A stretch of DNA of 64,000 bases from Lingula anatina (lineage: Eukaryota; Animalia; Brachiopoda). The notes beneath the pieces are model-generated. The model made no database searches, was not told the origin of the DNA, and saw nothing but the letters and a program-made list of their open reading frames with translations. Shown piece by piece: positions 1 to 12,536 of this stretch. The stretch's first letter is position 1, and every line of letters starts with the position of its first letter. The DNA is taken from positions 22,754,001 to 22,818,000 of the forward strand of contig CM120646.1 of NCBI GenBank assembly GCA_051362555.1. Direction: 5' to 3'. A program made the position numbers and the translations under genes.

Positions 1-299
1 TTTCAGGCTGCAGGAAAAAATGGAATGATCATAAAAACGTGAAACTGTATATCTTAATTCCATGTAGCAATTTTAATACATGGCTTAATTTTTTTCCTTG
101 CTTTTAGTATTTTCTCTACTAAAATTGTGCTCAATATGATGCACATTCATAGTTGTGTACAATCACACGAGAGCTAGTGCCCACATATGCATTCACACAA
201 ACTCACACACACACACACACATACACACACAGACAGAGGCACGCACACACACACACACATACACACACACACATACACACACACAGACAGAGGCATGCA

Positions 300-337
<38 letters not shown>

Positions 338-3300
338 TACACACACATACACACACACACATACACACACAGACAGAGGCACGCACACACACACACACAC
401 ACACATACACACACATACATACACACATACCTGTACACACACATACATACACACACATACACACACACACACATACACACACAGACAGAGGCACGCACAC
501 ACACACACACACACACACATACACACACACACACATACACACACACACACACAGACAGAGGCATGCACACACACACACACATACACACACACACATACAC
601 ACACATACATACACACACATACATACACATACACACACATACACACACACACACACAGACAGAGGCATGCACACACATACACACACATACACACACACAC
701 ACATACACACACACACATACACACATACACACACACACACACATGCGCATGTTCACACACTCTGTTGTGATGGAGTTATCTCTATGTATTAATATACCTT
801 TTGATTTGGCTCCTCATATTCATCATCATCATCTTCTTCTGCCGTGTTGTCAGGGAAGGCTGGAACAGATGTATCTTCCTCATCTGAACCTGGAGAACAG
901 CAAGAGAATGTTTTTATACCAATATTTTCCAATATTCAGTAAGTATTCAGAACTCTTCAATTTCTGTAAAACAACATGTTCAAAATGTATGTGTGGGTGT
1001 GCGTGCATACATGTGTGATTTTTTCGTTTAGAAATTGACAAGTATTGATAAATCACAAAGTTGAGCAAAAAGCAGGCAGAAGGAGTTCCAGAAATACCAT
1101 AGATCATACTTAAAAGACCAAGAATCCCTGAGAATACCAAAAGAAGAGCAAGTGAATGCTTGTACCCATGCCATGTAGCAATACTGTAAATAAATAGAAA
1201 AACAGACCAATGCAACCTAAGCATACCTAGCTCCAGAGGATCTTTGCCAGCTGGCTCACTGCTGTTGGCGCCACTGTCACTAAACTTCCACAACACTTTC
1301 TTCCACTTTGTTAACTGCTCCTTATCTGGGGCTATAAACTACAAAAATAAATAAATAAATGAGTGAACAAATGATTGACCAAATGAATTAAATAAATATA
1401 AATAAGTATAAATAAATGATGGTACCTCACTCATTAGCATCCTCACAGGTCTTGTAAATGTAAATGGAATATTCTCTCACTGTTGGCAGAATTTGCAAAA
1501 CACAATTATTTCTTCATCATGAAAAGGAGTTTAAATGTTGCTATATTTATTTACTGTGATAGGACTGATGGGTACTACAGTATATCTTCACAGGAAGGAA
1601 ATGTCTTGTATTTATATTGGTATGTACACTCATCAAGCCAGGACTTCTAATAAAAAAGGTTGTTATATGGAGTTTTAGACAACAGGTTCTTGATGGCAGT
1701 CATGGACGAAGGAAATGGACATGGGGGGGGGGGGGGGGGGGGGGGGGGGGGATTCAGACAGAGAACTGGTTATATGCACTTTTTGGACATTCTTTTTTAA
1801 ATGAAATCATTATGAAATGTCACATGATAAGAATGAAAAAAACAACTGATAAACATATAAATAAATAAATAAAAGGATCCATCTTACAAACAGCAGATTC
1901 AATAACTTACTTTATTGGAGGATACCTAGCAACAATCCCTAAAATACTACCTAAATGTGTCTATACATCTATCTGATTTTTACAAAATTAATGCATCAGT
2001 GTACAGTATCAAATATTGCTAAGAAGCACCTGAGACAAAGCATTGGCTATAACATCAAATACTGCATCTGGCAAAAGCAAAAGGAGGACTACTGCTCATT
2101 ATTTAATGCAAGCAATTTTTGCAATTCATTTTCAGTCATAAATCATTGATGATTCATTTGGATTTAGGGGTAGAGAAGAGTGTAGTTTAGAACAGCCGCC
2201 TCTGTCTTCATACTCACGTAGTGGGTTCCTACAGGGTCTTGTTTTTGAGCCTGAACCAAGTTATACAGTGAGAATTGAGGCAAATACAATTCATTTAAAC
2301 ATGACAAATTTCCTAAGTGAAATGTATAGTAGTATAAAATTGACTTAAAAACCACTTAAAAATTGCACCAAACTTTCTTGCAAGTCAGATTTACTGTGCT
2401 TGAACAAAAACTGGACTTTTTCTTCAAATCAAAGTAACATCTTCACTAATTTTAAGCTGCGGATAACTATTATGGAGCTGTGTAAGCTGCTCTATTATGC
2501 CATCTTTCTCAGTCTTGGCTTGTTTTGTTTCTTTCTTCAGTGTTTGACTTGGAAATGTGTCAACATCTGTTTTTAAGGATTTTTACTTTGTAACTGCTGC
2601 AAAAGCTTTTTTCAAGATTTCTCCATCAGTACCAGTAAAACTTCATTATATTTGAACTGATGGTCATGACTTAAAATTGTGAGAGCTTTTTCCTGAGCTT
2701 TCTGGCATAGCCCATAGATTTTTTTTCTACTTGTCCTTTATCTTCACATGCACTTCAAGTATCCTGATACCTAATTGTATCTCAACCATAGGCAGACAAG
2801 AATGCGATCTTTCTCAACTAACACAATGAACATCTCAACCACAGTGATAGCAACTAACACAATTACAGGAATGCATTTTCAAAACTAACCATAAATGGTA
2901 ATAAACGACCTTTGGTGTTTGTTTTCATAATAGACGGTTGGTTTTACAAGAGGGCTTAACATAATATAACCTTGACTATAAAATGAAAAATATAGACTAC
3001 TTTCTTTCCAAAAGTAGTAGTAGTAGTTACTGTAGTTCTGTAACAGTAGTTGGCACTGTAGCTGTTGTTTTTGTTGTTGTCAAAGTAGTATACTTAAAGA
3101 TGCATATTAATTGATTACTAATTTCAATTCATTGTCACTAAAGGCAACCAAATGCCACAATAGTGTTTCAAAGGGCATAACTTACAGAAATACCACAGAA
3201 TTCTGTTACTAGTACATTATTTCCTGAAAATGGCAATTGCACCTGTATTTTTTGCTTTCCTTCTGTTTTCCAAGTTTTTAAATAAAGCAGAAATGTCCAC

Positions 3301-5205
3301 TTACTGTGAAACTTCTTTTAGCAGGACAGCTGATACTGAAGCAGAAATCTTTTTTCTTTTGGTCCTTTACTTGGCTTGGTGACAGCTGGAAGCGATAATC
3401 TGAAAAAAACATTTTTATTTTGTACACTTACATTGAAGTTAAGTATGGTTACACATGCTTCAAAACCACCTGTTTCCTGCAGTCATGTCAGGGGGGAAAA
3501 TGGAAACAAAAACATATAATAAAATAATAAATATCAATTCATAAAATATCAAACTTGATATGCATTTTTATCAGTAAATTCCTACTTGCTGGTCACAAAG
3601 AATTCATCTCTAAAATTACCTTAGATATACTGTGAAAAATAAATAATTCTTAAAACTTTACCTGTTAAAATAAAAGCCCCTTGCTGCTGTTTCGATGTAG
3701 GTTTCTCGTAGTAGTAGAACTTGTCATTTAGAATGGCACACCATCGTTTCTGATATTGATTCGCTACACGTGTTAGTAATCCTTTTTCTGAATGTACACA
3801 TAAAATGGGATGACATTTAAAATACCAAAACAATGTCACCATCATTTTTTTCAAATCCAATGAAATTTATGAGCAACGTTTTGTTTTTATCCTTCTCTGT
3901 TTTTTAACATCAGTGTTACTGCAAATTATGAAAAAAATATCTAAAATATTAAATGAAATGTAGAATAATACAAGTACTCTCATATACCATGGTTAACTAA
4001 TTAGGTTAAGTCTTATTAACTGAACATAGTTTTTCCCATTAAATTTATCAGCTGAATATTTCCACTTCTTTTAAACACCTTTTCGTTTCTTCTCCAAGAA
4101 TCCTGACACCAGCACTTTGTCTGGGGTCATCTCACTGGCAGGAATATTCTTGATTGCAACATCTTCTACTGTGACAGGGACATCTGGAGTAAATAATATT
4201 TTAAAAAATAAACAAAATAATCAAACTAAAAATAAAATTGCAGGATAAAATATTTCAAATGTTGCAAAATTCAGATGCTAAACTGAGATCCTTCAACACT
4301 ACTAAATGTTTAATGATCTGGTGAAATCTGTAAAGAAGTTACCAACATAAACAGTTCAAACTATACATTGGGGGGGGCGGATTGGGGAGGGGGAGCAGGA
4401 GGGGACCTGAGTGGGGGGGGGGGAGGTAAAGTTGTACAGTTGCATTTTAAGTCTGGTCAGGCTGTGTTGTCTTATCATTATTGTTCAGAGTGGAGGGGAG
4501 GAGGTGCAGCGATGGGGAGAAGTAAGTAAGTGAGTTCATACAGTACCTTCAGAGTGTACGCTGTCAGTTTCATTCTTGCTGAAGGAGCCTCCACTGGCAT
4601 TTTCAGTGTCCTCGTACAACTCCTCGTTGTCCTCTGGTGCTGGCTTTGGTGTGGAGGTGATGGGACCCTCAGCATCTGTGTACTCATAATCTGGAATAGC
4701 ATCATTAATATTGTATTGTACATAACAGATTCTGTTGAGGGGTGAGGGAACAAAGATAGCAAAATTTTGGCCAGCAAAATTTACTGTAATAAGTCAGACA
4801 AAGTTATGGAAATTTTTTACTTGTATGGAAATGTCTCATAAGTTGCACTTGTTGTACTTGTTTTATTATTATTATTATTATTTTTTTTTTTTGGTGTGTG
4901 TGCGTGTATGTGTGTGTGTGTGTGTGCGTGTGCATGTGTGTGTGTATGTGTATGTGTGTGTCTATGTGTGTGTGTGTTTGTGTATGTGTATGTGTGTGTG
5001 TGTGTGTGTGTTTAAGGGGGGGGGAGGGGGCAGTGTGTACAATGCTAGTACAGGTTGAGAAACAATGTCAGAAATAAAAATGTACAACATAACCTAACCT
5101 CTATATACATATTACATATATATATGATTCATATAGAATTTATAAGAAGATTATAACACTGCATACACAGTACCTATATACATTTAATTAATAAAGTTCA
5201 TGCAA

Positions 5206-5268
<63 letters not shown>

Positions 5269-5928
5269 GAAAGAAAGCACCAATACTCACTTTCCTCATC
5301 CGCTTGTTTAACAGAGGATGATGATGGCGTTGGTGATGAGGGCGTGACTATAGCCTCTTCATCACTGATTTTAAGCTGTGGATAACTATTACGGAGCTGT
5401 ATAAGCTGCTCTATTATGCCATCTTTCTCAGTCTTGGCTTGTTTTGATAGTTTTTCTTTCTTCAGTGTTTGACTTAGAAATGAGTCAACATCTGTTTTTA
5501 AGGGAGAGAAGAGAAGAGTAACGATAATGACAATATCTATAATATGGACAGAGGATACCCTGTACTAGCGTGCGTCTTAATGATAAAAAGGGAAATTCAT
5601 AAACACAAAATTAGCTTCGACCTCCACATATGAACCCTTACTACACTCTCTTTCGTTAACTCGTACAGTGCAATAAGTTAAGATAAATCCGTGGCTAGCG
5701 TTTGCTGACACCGTCTACCGTGGATTCTCTACGGAGTTGAACATTTTCCACTAACTTAAGCCAGAGGAAGCAGTTAAGAATTTGTTGTTTTTGATACATA
5801 CTAGCCCCCATACTAGTAGACAATCTCAAAAATAAAATCTATCGTGTTCTTTACAAGATGACTTCGCGTTTGGTTCTATTTTACTTACCGTGAATGAAAA
5901 ACTTGATCTTCTCGGCAAATAGAGACAT
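1..5928 (-). CDS. SKAP2: Src kinase-associated phosphoprotein 2-like adaptor (N-terminal dimerization helix + PH domain), 3' partial
   Basis: Exons (minus): 5928-5889, 5491-5291, 4690-4547, 4183-4079, 3787-3662, 3399-3305, 1338-1227, 889-798, then 7-<1. All GT-AG and in phase. The N-terminus MSLFAEKIKFFIHDVDSFLSQTLKKEKLSKQAKTEK resembles the SKAP dimerization domain. PH domain: VLVSGFLEKKRK...YQKRWCAILNDKFYYY...QQQGAF...FIAPDKEQLTKW. Acidic Tyr motifs ELYED and DEYEEP. Confidence 0.85.
195..760. repeat. Complex (CA)n/(CATA)n microsatellite with recurring CAGACAGAGGCA(C/T)GCA anchors
   Basis: Directly visible, with six anchor motifs. Intronic in the SKAP2-like gene. Confidence 0.95.
2441..2578 (-). 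pseudogene. Dispersed intronic copy of the 5' part of SKAP2-like exon 2, including its acceptor
   Basis: Near-identical to about 5358-5503, with a 6-bp deletion and a few substitutions. Confidence 0.9.
4893..5010. repeat. (GT)n microsatellite
   Basis: Directly visible. Confidence 0.9.
5208..5265. repeat. (AG)n microsatellite
   Basis: Directly visible. Confidence 0.95.
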
Positions 5929-8282
5929 TTTACTAACTTAAAACAAAGTTATTCATGTTCAAGTGCAGACAAGGAAGTTGAATGCGGAAGTTTGATGGCG
6001 AATAATAAATCATAGGGCGCAGCACTACCGGTCAAATCCAAGACAAGCTACACGACTTATTATTCACTTTATTTGGAGGGGTGGGATCTCAGGGCCAATA
6101 TTGCAACATCTTCATTTGAAAAAAAAAAATCAGAAAAATTACTTTTTCAAGCAACTTAAAGTAATTACTCAAACATTTCACTCTTGGCTTGCAGCCAAAA
6201 AGATAAATCACAGTCGCGCATCAGAATTGGCGAAAAGTAAGAAAATAACAAAGAAATGGATAATACTGCAGAATCAGCTTTATTAGAATCACTACACCCA
6301 AAATGCAACATTGGTACCTTGTTGTAACAAAGTGCACTGATGAACAACATAGAAAAATAGAACTATACCCTGTAGAGACAGTGCCATAGGTATATACATG
6401 AGCCCTGGGAATGCAGGAAGGAATTTACTTATGACAAAACAACATATATCTTACTATCATCTTCCATGGTCACACCTTTTGTCTAGGAGTCTAGGAGGAA
6501 TTTTGTATCATTAAAGTCTATTTGTTCTCAATACACTGGACCAAAAAAGTTAAGAAACATTAAATTGTTTTTCGATTAAAAAAATAAACAAAAAAACAAA
6601 CAATGTAATGCAGTGGGAAAATCTTCAGTATATATAGAAATTACTGGTGGGAGCATTATCCATCTACATTTGGTTAAAATATTTACCTTATACTCATACA
6701 GTCATTTTATAATTATAAAAAATAACGATGTTTCCCAACATTTTGGTTGAGTGTAAAAGCGCTTGTTCGCTCTTCTCTCCCTTTTGTGGCTGGCCACCCA
6801 CTCTTGTACAGATCTGCAGGCATAATTTCTAGTGATAAAAACCTTGATATTCTACAGAATTTGCTTTCCTTAAACTGTGTACTGAAGTTTACAAATATAT
6901 ATTGTTGCAAAGAGTCTCCAACATCAAAAATCTATTTCTCCGTTTAAATGAAACAAGAAGCAAATATATATCAAAACACCAGAATAAATAAGTGCCAGTT
7001 TTACAATTTCTTACTGACCAAAACATTGCAAGACTACAAAAAGTATACAAACAATACATTCTTATATTGAGAAGGCTGTATCTTTTTTTCATCAACAACA
7101 ATTACAACAATAAAATCAGTAAATATAAACAGATGAGTGCACACATCTGGTCTTGCATATTAGGAGAAAAAAAGACATGCAATCTTATTATAAGTGTTCA
7201 TATCACACTTACATATTCTCTGTACATCAAAAAATAAACTGATATTAAGAATGCATTGGTTATAGTATTGAAATACTGACAGATGAGCAGAATCAGATAA
7301 TACCTGTAAATGGAGTTTTTTTACTGGCTTTTTGTTTAAGTGTATCACTTCAGATCCATAGTTCTGGATATTAAGTCATTAAAATTATATAGAAATCATA
7401 TCCAATCTCAAGAGTAATAGGAGTAAAAATTGAGAAAATAAATGATAAATAATAACTGATATAAAAGTTCAACATGTTGTGGAGGGAAGCAATCTTACAT
7501 TAGTGTTTCTAGCTTTCAATAAAATTTGGCTTGGTGCAGACGTTCACATTTGACACAAATCCAGAACCTAAATATTTTCATAGTGGAAGGCAAAAAAACA
7601 AATCACACAGAAAGTGTTCCAACACTGCAATACTTCTACTACCAAACTGATTGATACGGTAAATACTTGAAAATTTAGTCAGTCTTGGAAATTTTGTCAG
7701 AAGAGGATTCTCTGCCAATTTAATTTTTTTACACATAGAAATTTCACCAAACTTGAAAACGGGCCTCTTGATAATTTTTGAAGTTTGTCACCTAATATGG
7801 ACAAGTCAGATTCAGGTACTTAAAGATATTAATTAATTTTTAAGTGGCAAAATTTTCAAGTTTTTACCGTCCTTGCTGTATTTCAATACTGACCAAAATT
7901 GATAGGGATGGTAAAAAAGACCTGACAAACTGGTACATTAGTCTAAGTGTGTGCCTCAATAATCAACTACATACAAAAAAGTTAATATCCAACGGAATTG
8001 GTTAAGACTTGCAAAATACATTATGTGAGCAATAATACTGCACAGGAGTATTAGTATGAAAAAAGGTGATGTTAAAAAAATATGTAAGAAAAATAGAAAT
8101 TTTCATGGAAAAAGAGACAATTTGCAGAAATATGAAAGAAAGTTTAAGTCCCTTGCCCACTATATAGAAAATCATTGTCTTCTCAGGCAAAGGATTTTGC
8201 AGATGAACTTCTTGTTGTCTGTTTATTTATTTATTTATTTGTTTTTTGTAAGTTCTGCAGTTTTGGCATAGTTTAAATATAG

Positions 8283-9623
8283 TTACAGTATATGAGCCGT
8301 CTTTATTTTCATTTCCATACTCTGTACGGGGAGATATTGCAGTTTTCTCGTGCCCAACACAAAGTTGATCAAGTTTTTCAAGATCCCATTGTTATTCACA
8401 TTTTTGGTGGCATACAGTCCGCACATTTTGGTGAGTTTTCTCACAGATGCCTGATGCAGCTCCTGACAGGTAAGGTCTTGTGAGATAACGACTAACTGGT
8501 TGAACAGTGGCACGCACATCAGGAGAGATGCCAGCAGAGAATATAACGCTCCAACAAAACACAGCGAGGTACTGAAATCATCAAGATCAATAACATCAGG
8601 TCAGGAGATATGAGACGATTGGCAGAAAATTGAAAAAAAAAAATCTCAGGACATCATTTTACACTTTATTATTTTGATTTTAATAGACACCCTTATTTGA
8701 CAATTTTAATAAAGTTAAATTACATGAATAAACACAAATCAATTTTAGACAAAAGTACAAAATTGGAATAAAGAGAAGAAAGGCTGTGTTCAGAATAGAA
8801 GGATCCATCTACCTCAGCTGGGACTCTCGCTGAGGTGCAGTCAATGTAATTAGCTTAATTGTCTGGCATGCCCCCCTCATAACTTAAAGTACTTAGGTAA
8901 AATCCGAATACCTTTGTGTTCCATGATGTCGTTCATCTTGCTTTACGAGGGGGCGTGCCAGATAATTAAGGTGATTGAATTCCCGCTGAGATCGATCCTG
9001 CTAGTACCAATTATTTCTAATCTGAACACAGCATTAAATATCCCATTAACAACATTAAACGACTATACTCACGAGTAAAAATGATAAACAAGGGTCAACC
9101 AATGGGAAAATGAATAATTCTGATCCGCATCATAGATGACACTAAATGTTAGATACGTCCCATAGAACCCTGCGACGATGAACAAGATGATGGCTAATAC
9201 AAATGGTCTTTGGTTGTGGACGCCTATACAACTGTCTATCCTGAAATATAGAAATAATAGCAAAACTGTTAACAACTTTACAATTGACTTAAAGACTTAA
9301 TTTTCAAACTCAAAATGTTAAAGAAAAATGTCAAATTGTCAAAAGTTTCATACTTATGGGATCAAATTCAATTCCATGTCATTATGTGTTAGACAAAACC
9401 CACTAGGCATACGCATTACAGCTGTTCGCATGCACTACATGTGCATTCATGTGTACACCGCCACACTCAGTACATACCAAACACAGTGGTGGTCTCGTAG
9501 CTGCACACACGCGTTACATATACTGCAGTGTCCACAGCGTGGAGGTTTGCGCACTAAGCACTTGTCACACCACGTCATCAGGTGCCCATCTAAAAGGTCA
9601 AGGTCATCAAAATCAATACATGG

Positions 9624-9671
<48 letters not shown>

Positions 9672-12536
9672 GATATATGTAATTTGCTATCTATAAAGTC
9701 TACTTCTTGTCTGCCTCATATCTAAACACATCTGAGAATTTGTCATTATGTTATAAAATAAAAAAACCAAATATATGAACTGTAGCCAATAAACGTGAAG
9801 GTGTAACTTAACAAATATACATATATTTATTTCAACTAAATGAACATAAAGTCAACATTCATACATCTATGTCTGGCTCTATAAAAGCACATTTCTCAAC
9901 TTGAAGTCTACCACTATTAGATATTGGACATACTTTACAGACAATGACGTGACAGCTGCACCACACCTAGGGCTCATTTCCAGTGATACTATTCTTCAAT
10001 GCAGATCGCTCCCACTCAGCAAGGACTCTTGCCGAATGCAATCAGATTAACAGATTAACACACCTCTTTTTTTTCCACTGTACTGGTGTAATCACCAGCT
10101 TTCCTGTTTTCAACTCAATGCATGTTAATCTGATTATGTTCAGAGAGAGTCCCCACAAAGTAGGATCAATCTAGGTAAAACAATAGCTTCACTGGGAATG
10201 TGGCCTCCACAGCTATATGGTAATTGCTAAAACAATAATCTCCATCCAAGCCAAGAACTCTTATCCAGACCAATACATGTGACTAGCACCCCAGGAGGAA
10301 TCCATTTTCATTAATATTGATCTGGTGAGCAATGGGTGATAAACCATGTGTATCTATTACTGTCTTAATACAGCTGATGACAGTAATATTAATGCAGCTC
10401 AACACACCAGTGATACCATCTAACAGAGTCATAGAGAGAATTTTTTTTTTTTTGCTAGACATTCACAGATGTTTATCTGGCTACTTCTTTGAATTTTCTG
10501 TAGTAGTAGTACTGTGAGAATTTTGGAAAAATAAAAAGTAATTCATCACCTAGCTGACCTCTGATGGAGAGCACATGATGGCAGTGAACAACTTGTACAA
10601 AAGTATACTAACAGTCATATGACTAGGATAGGTTGAAATGAAAGGCACCTGGGTATTTAACTAATTTGGTTGGGGGAAAAAGGAGTGTCTAAATCTCATG
10701 AAACTGTAAGCTTGGAGCTTGTTGAAATGGATTCGTTATTCATGGAAACTGATTTCATTGTAGTATAGGGCCCTGGATACTACGACCATATACTTCCCCT
10801 TACGGGAGGGGGGGGGGGGTGCATGAGTGTGTGTGTCTGTGTGTGTGTGGTTTTAAGGGGGTTTGAACAAAACTTCCTCTTAATCAAAAAAAGTCTTTAA
10901 TTTGCAAAAATGTATTTTAATTTGAGGGGTTTTATCATTTTCCAGGTCTGAATTGGGGAAAGACAGGAGATTCAGACAGAAAAATGTCACAGTGGGGCAT
11001 TTTTAAACTGGGCACATTTCTTATCAATATTTACCTTTAAAAGGTCTAGAATCTATCCATGTGACATCCTCTTCCAGAATTTTTGTGGCAGGGACAGTGC
11101 CATTTTTGTACCCTGAATAGCCATTACTGTGTTGACGGTTGTCAATGTGGTTACCATAGTGATGGTTGTCAATGTGGTTACCATAGTGACAGTTGTCAAT
11201 GTGGTTACTATAGTGATGGTTGCTAGAGTAATAATCTTCATGGTGTATTCCATTCATAAAATGGCTGCCATTGAGGCCGTTGGCATGGTGATTGAAACCA
11301 TTGGTTAAATGTGTGTATCCATTGGAATATTTCTGGTCCTCACTAGAACTAATGATGTAATATGAGCCATCCTCAGAGTGACTGATCCTGCGGATTCTGC
11401 TGGTGCAGCTTGTCGCGCAGTATCTGTTGGAGTGTGAAGTGACAGCAGTCCCATTCTGCTGAGGCTGCTTTTGTTCCTCAGAGTCTAACACTATCTGAGT
11501 GGTCTGATCTGAGCTCTTGGCCTTCCTGAAGGAATGTGCATCTCTGGAATGTATTATCCCTGGATCACGTTTAGCGAGAAACAACATGACAAACATAGCT
11601 GCCAGAATGAGGTGAAGCACCACAGCGTGCACTGTGGCCACCTGAAACTCTTGGTACAGAATGAGGTCAAACAGAAAAGTCAAAAATAGCACCGAGTTCA
11701 CCCCCCATGTGAAGAATAACCGCGTTCTGCCACGTTTAGTCCTCCGTTTCCAGTGGTGATAGAACACAAACATGAGCACTGGGATAAGTGGTATCACAAT
11801 ACATGTGAAGTAGATGTGCATAGCAGCGATAAGAAGACATATTGGCACAGTCAGAGTAGGGAACGCCACGTCTAGGGGGATCTTGATAGCACCTTTTCCC
11901 GTCAGGCCTGGGATTCGACATCTGTCCTCACATGTGACATAAATGTCATCTAGTGTGTCTGGCGGGATGGAATGAAATGAGACCAGCCTGGAAAGAGAAT
12001 GTAAGAAGGCATTATGTCACAGACATACACTTGTAATTCCAAGTTTTGTTTTTAAGTTTCAGAATTCATTTCTGACAAATTCTTTAGTAAGATGCTGTAC
12101 AAGTGACTACTGACCCCAGCATTGCTTACAGAAATAATGGAAAGTGCCAAAATACTGCTTTTTTTAATACTAGTAAACATGTACCACAGGGCTACCATTT
12201 AGTTTATTAAAAAAATTGTAATTTGGAAAATTTGTAAACTGTCTACTGCCGCAACAAACAACATTTTCTACAAAACTTAACAAAATTGATGCTTTAAGTA
12301 GACAGAAGGTATGTTTATGAGAAAAAAAAAACTACTGTGAACAGTAATATATCTAATCATTAAAAAGTCCAGTAATTAGACAGTATATTATTATTTATCC
12401 ATTAGAACAGCTACCTGTCGCAGGCCTGGTCCAGGGCGTCACATTCACACAGACATTGTAAGATGTGCTGTTTCTCTCCTTGGTTATTTATGTACTCGCA
12501 GCAACAGAGACTCCCCTCCTCACTGGCTACTGACAT
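8283..12536 (-). CDS. ZDHHC23: Palmitoyltransferase ZDHHC23-like (about 547 aa)
   Basis: Exons: 12536-12415, 11987-11035, 9589-9478, 9240-9073, 8571-8283 (TAA), total 1644 nt. The N-terminal LCCCEYINNQGEKQHILQCLCECDALDQACDR is ZDHHC23-typical. Has TM helices and the DHHC-CRD WCDKCLVRKPPRCGHCSICNACVQLRDHHCVWIDSCIGVHNQRPF. There is an in-frame stop upstream of the ATG. Confidence 0.92.
8783..9032. mobile_element. MITE-like foldback element in a ZDHHC23 intron
   Basis: TIRs GCTGTGTTCAGA...TCTGAACACAGC. Internal inverted arms TTAATTGTCTGGCATGCCCCC / GGGGGCGTGCCAGATAATTAA. Confidence 0.7.
9626..9668. repeat. (AAT)n microsatellite
   Basis: Directly visible. Similar tracts at about 23920-23952, 48066-48110 and 59027-59080. 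Confidence 0.9.
10012..10165 (+). mobile_element. Dispersed repeat family C, degenerate copy
   Basis: The core GGACTCTTGC(C/T)GAATGCAAT...TTAACACACCTC is shared with about 27157-27345 (+) and about 20071-20192 (-). Confidence 0.6.

Noticed and set aside
153-1018. Long HT- and CV-repeat ORFs in all six frames
   Set aside because: These are translations of a (CA)n microsatellite inside a SKAP2 intron; stop-free by composition.
1723-1751. Poly-G tract (others at about 4412, 28428, 55473, 61509)
   Set aside because: Homopolymer runs are common throughout this window; nothing shows specific G-quadruplex function.
6366-6390. TACCCTGTAG, similar to the miR-10 5' end
   Set aside because: The match stops after about 11 nt and I see no convincing precursor hairpin.
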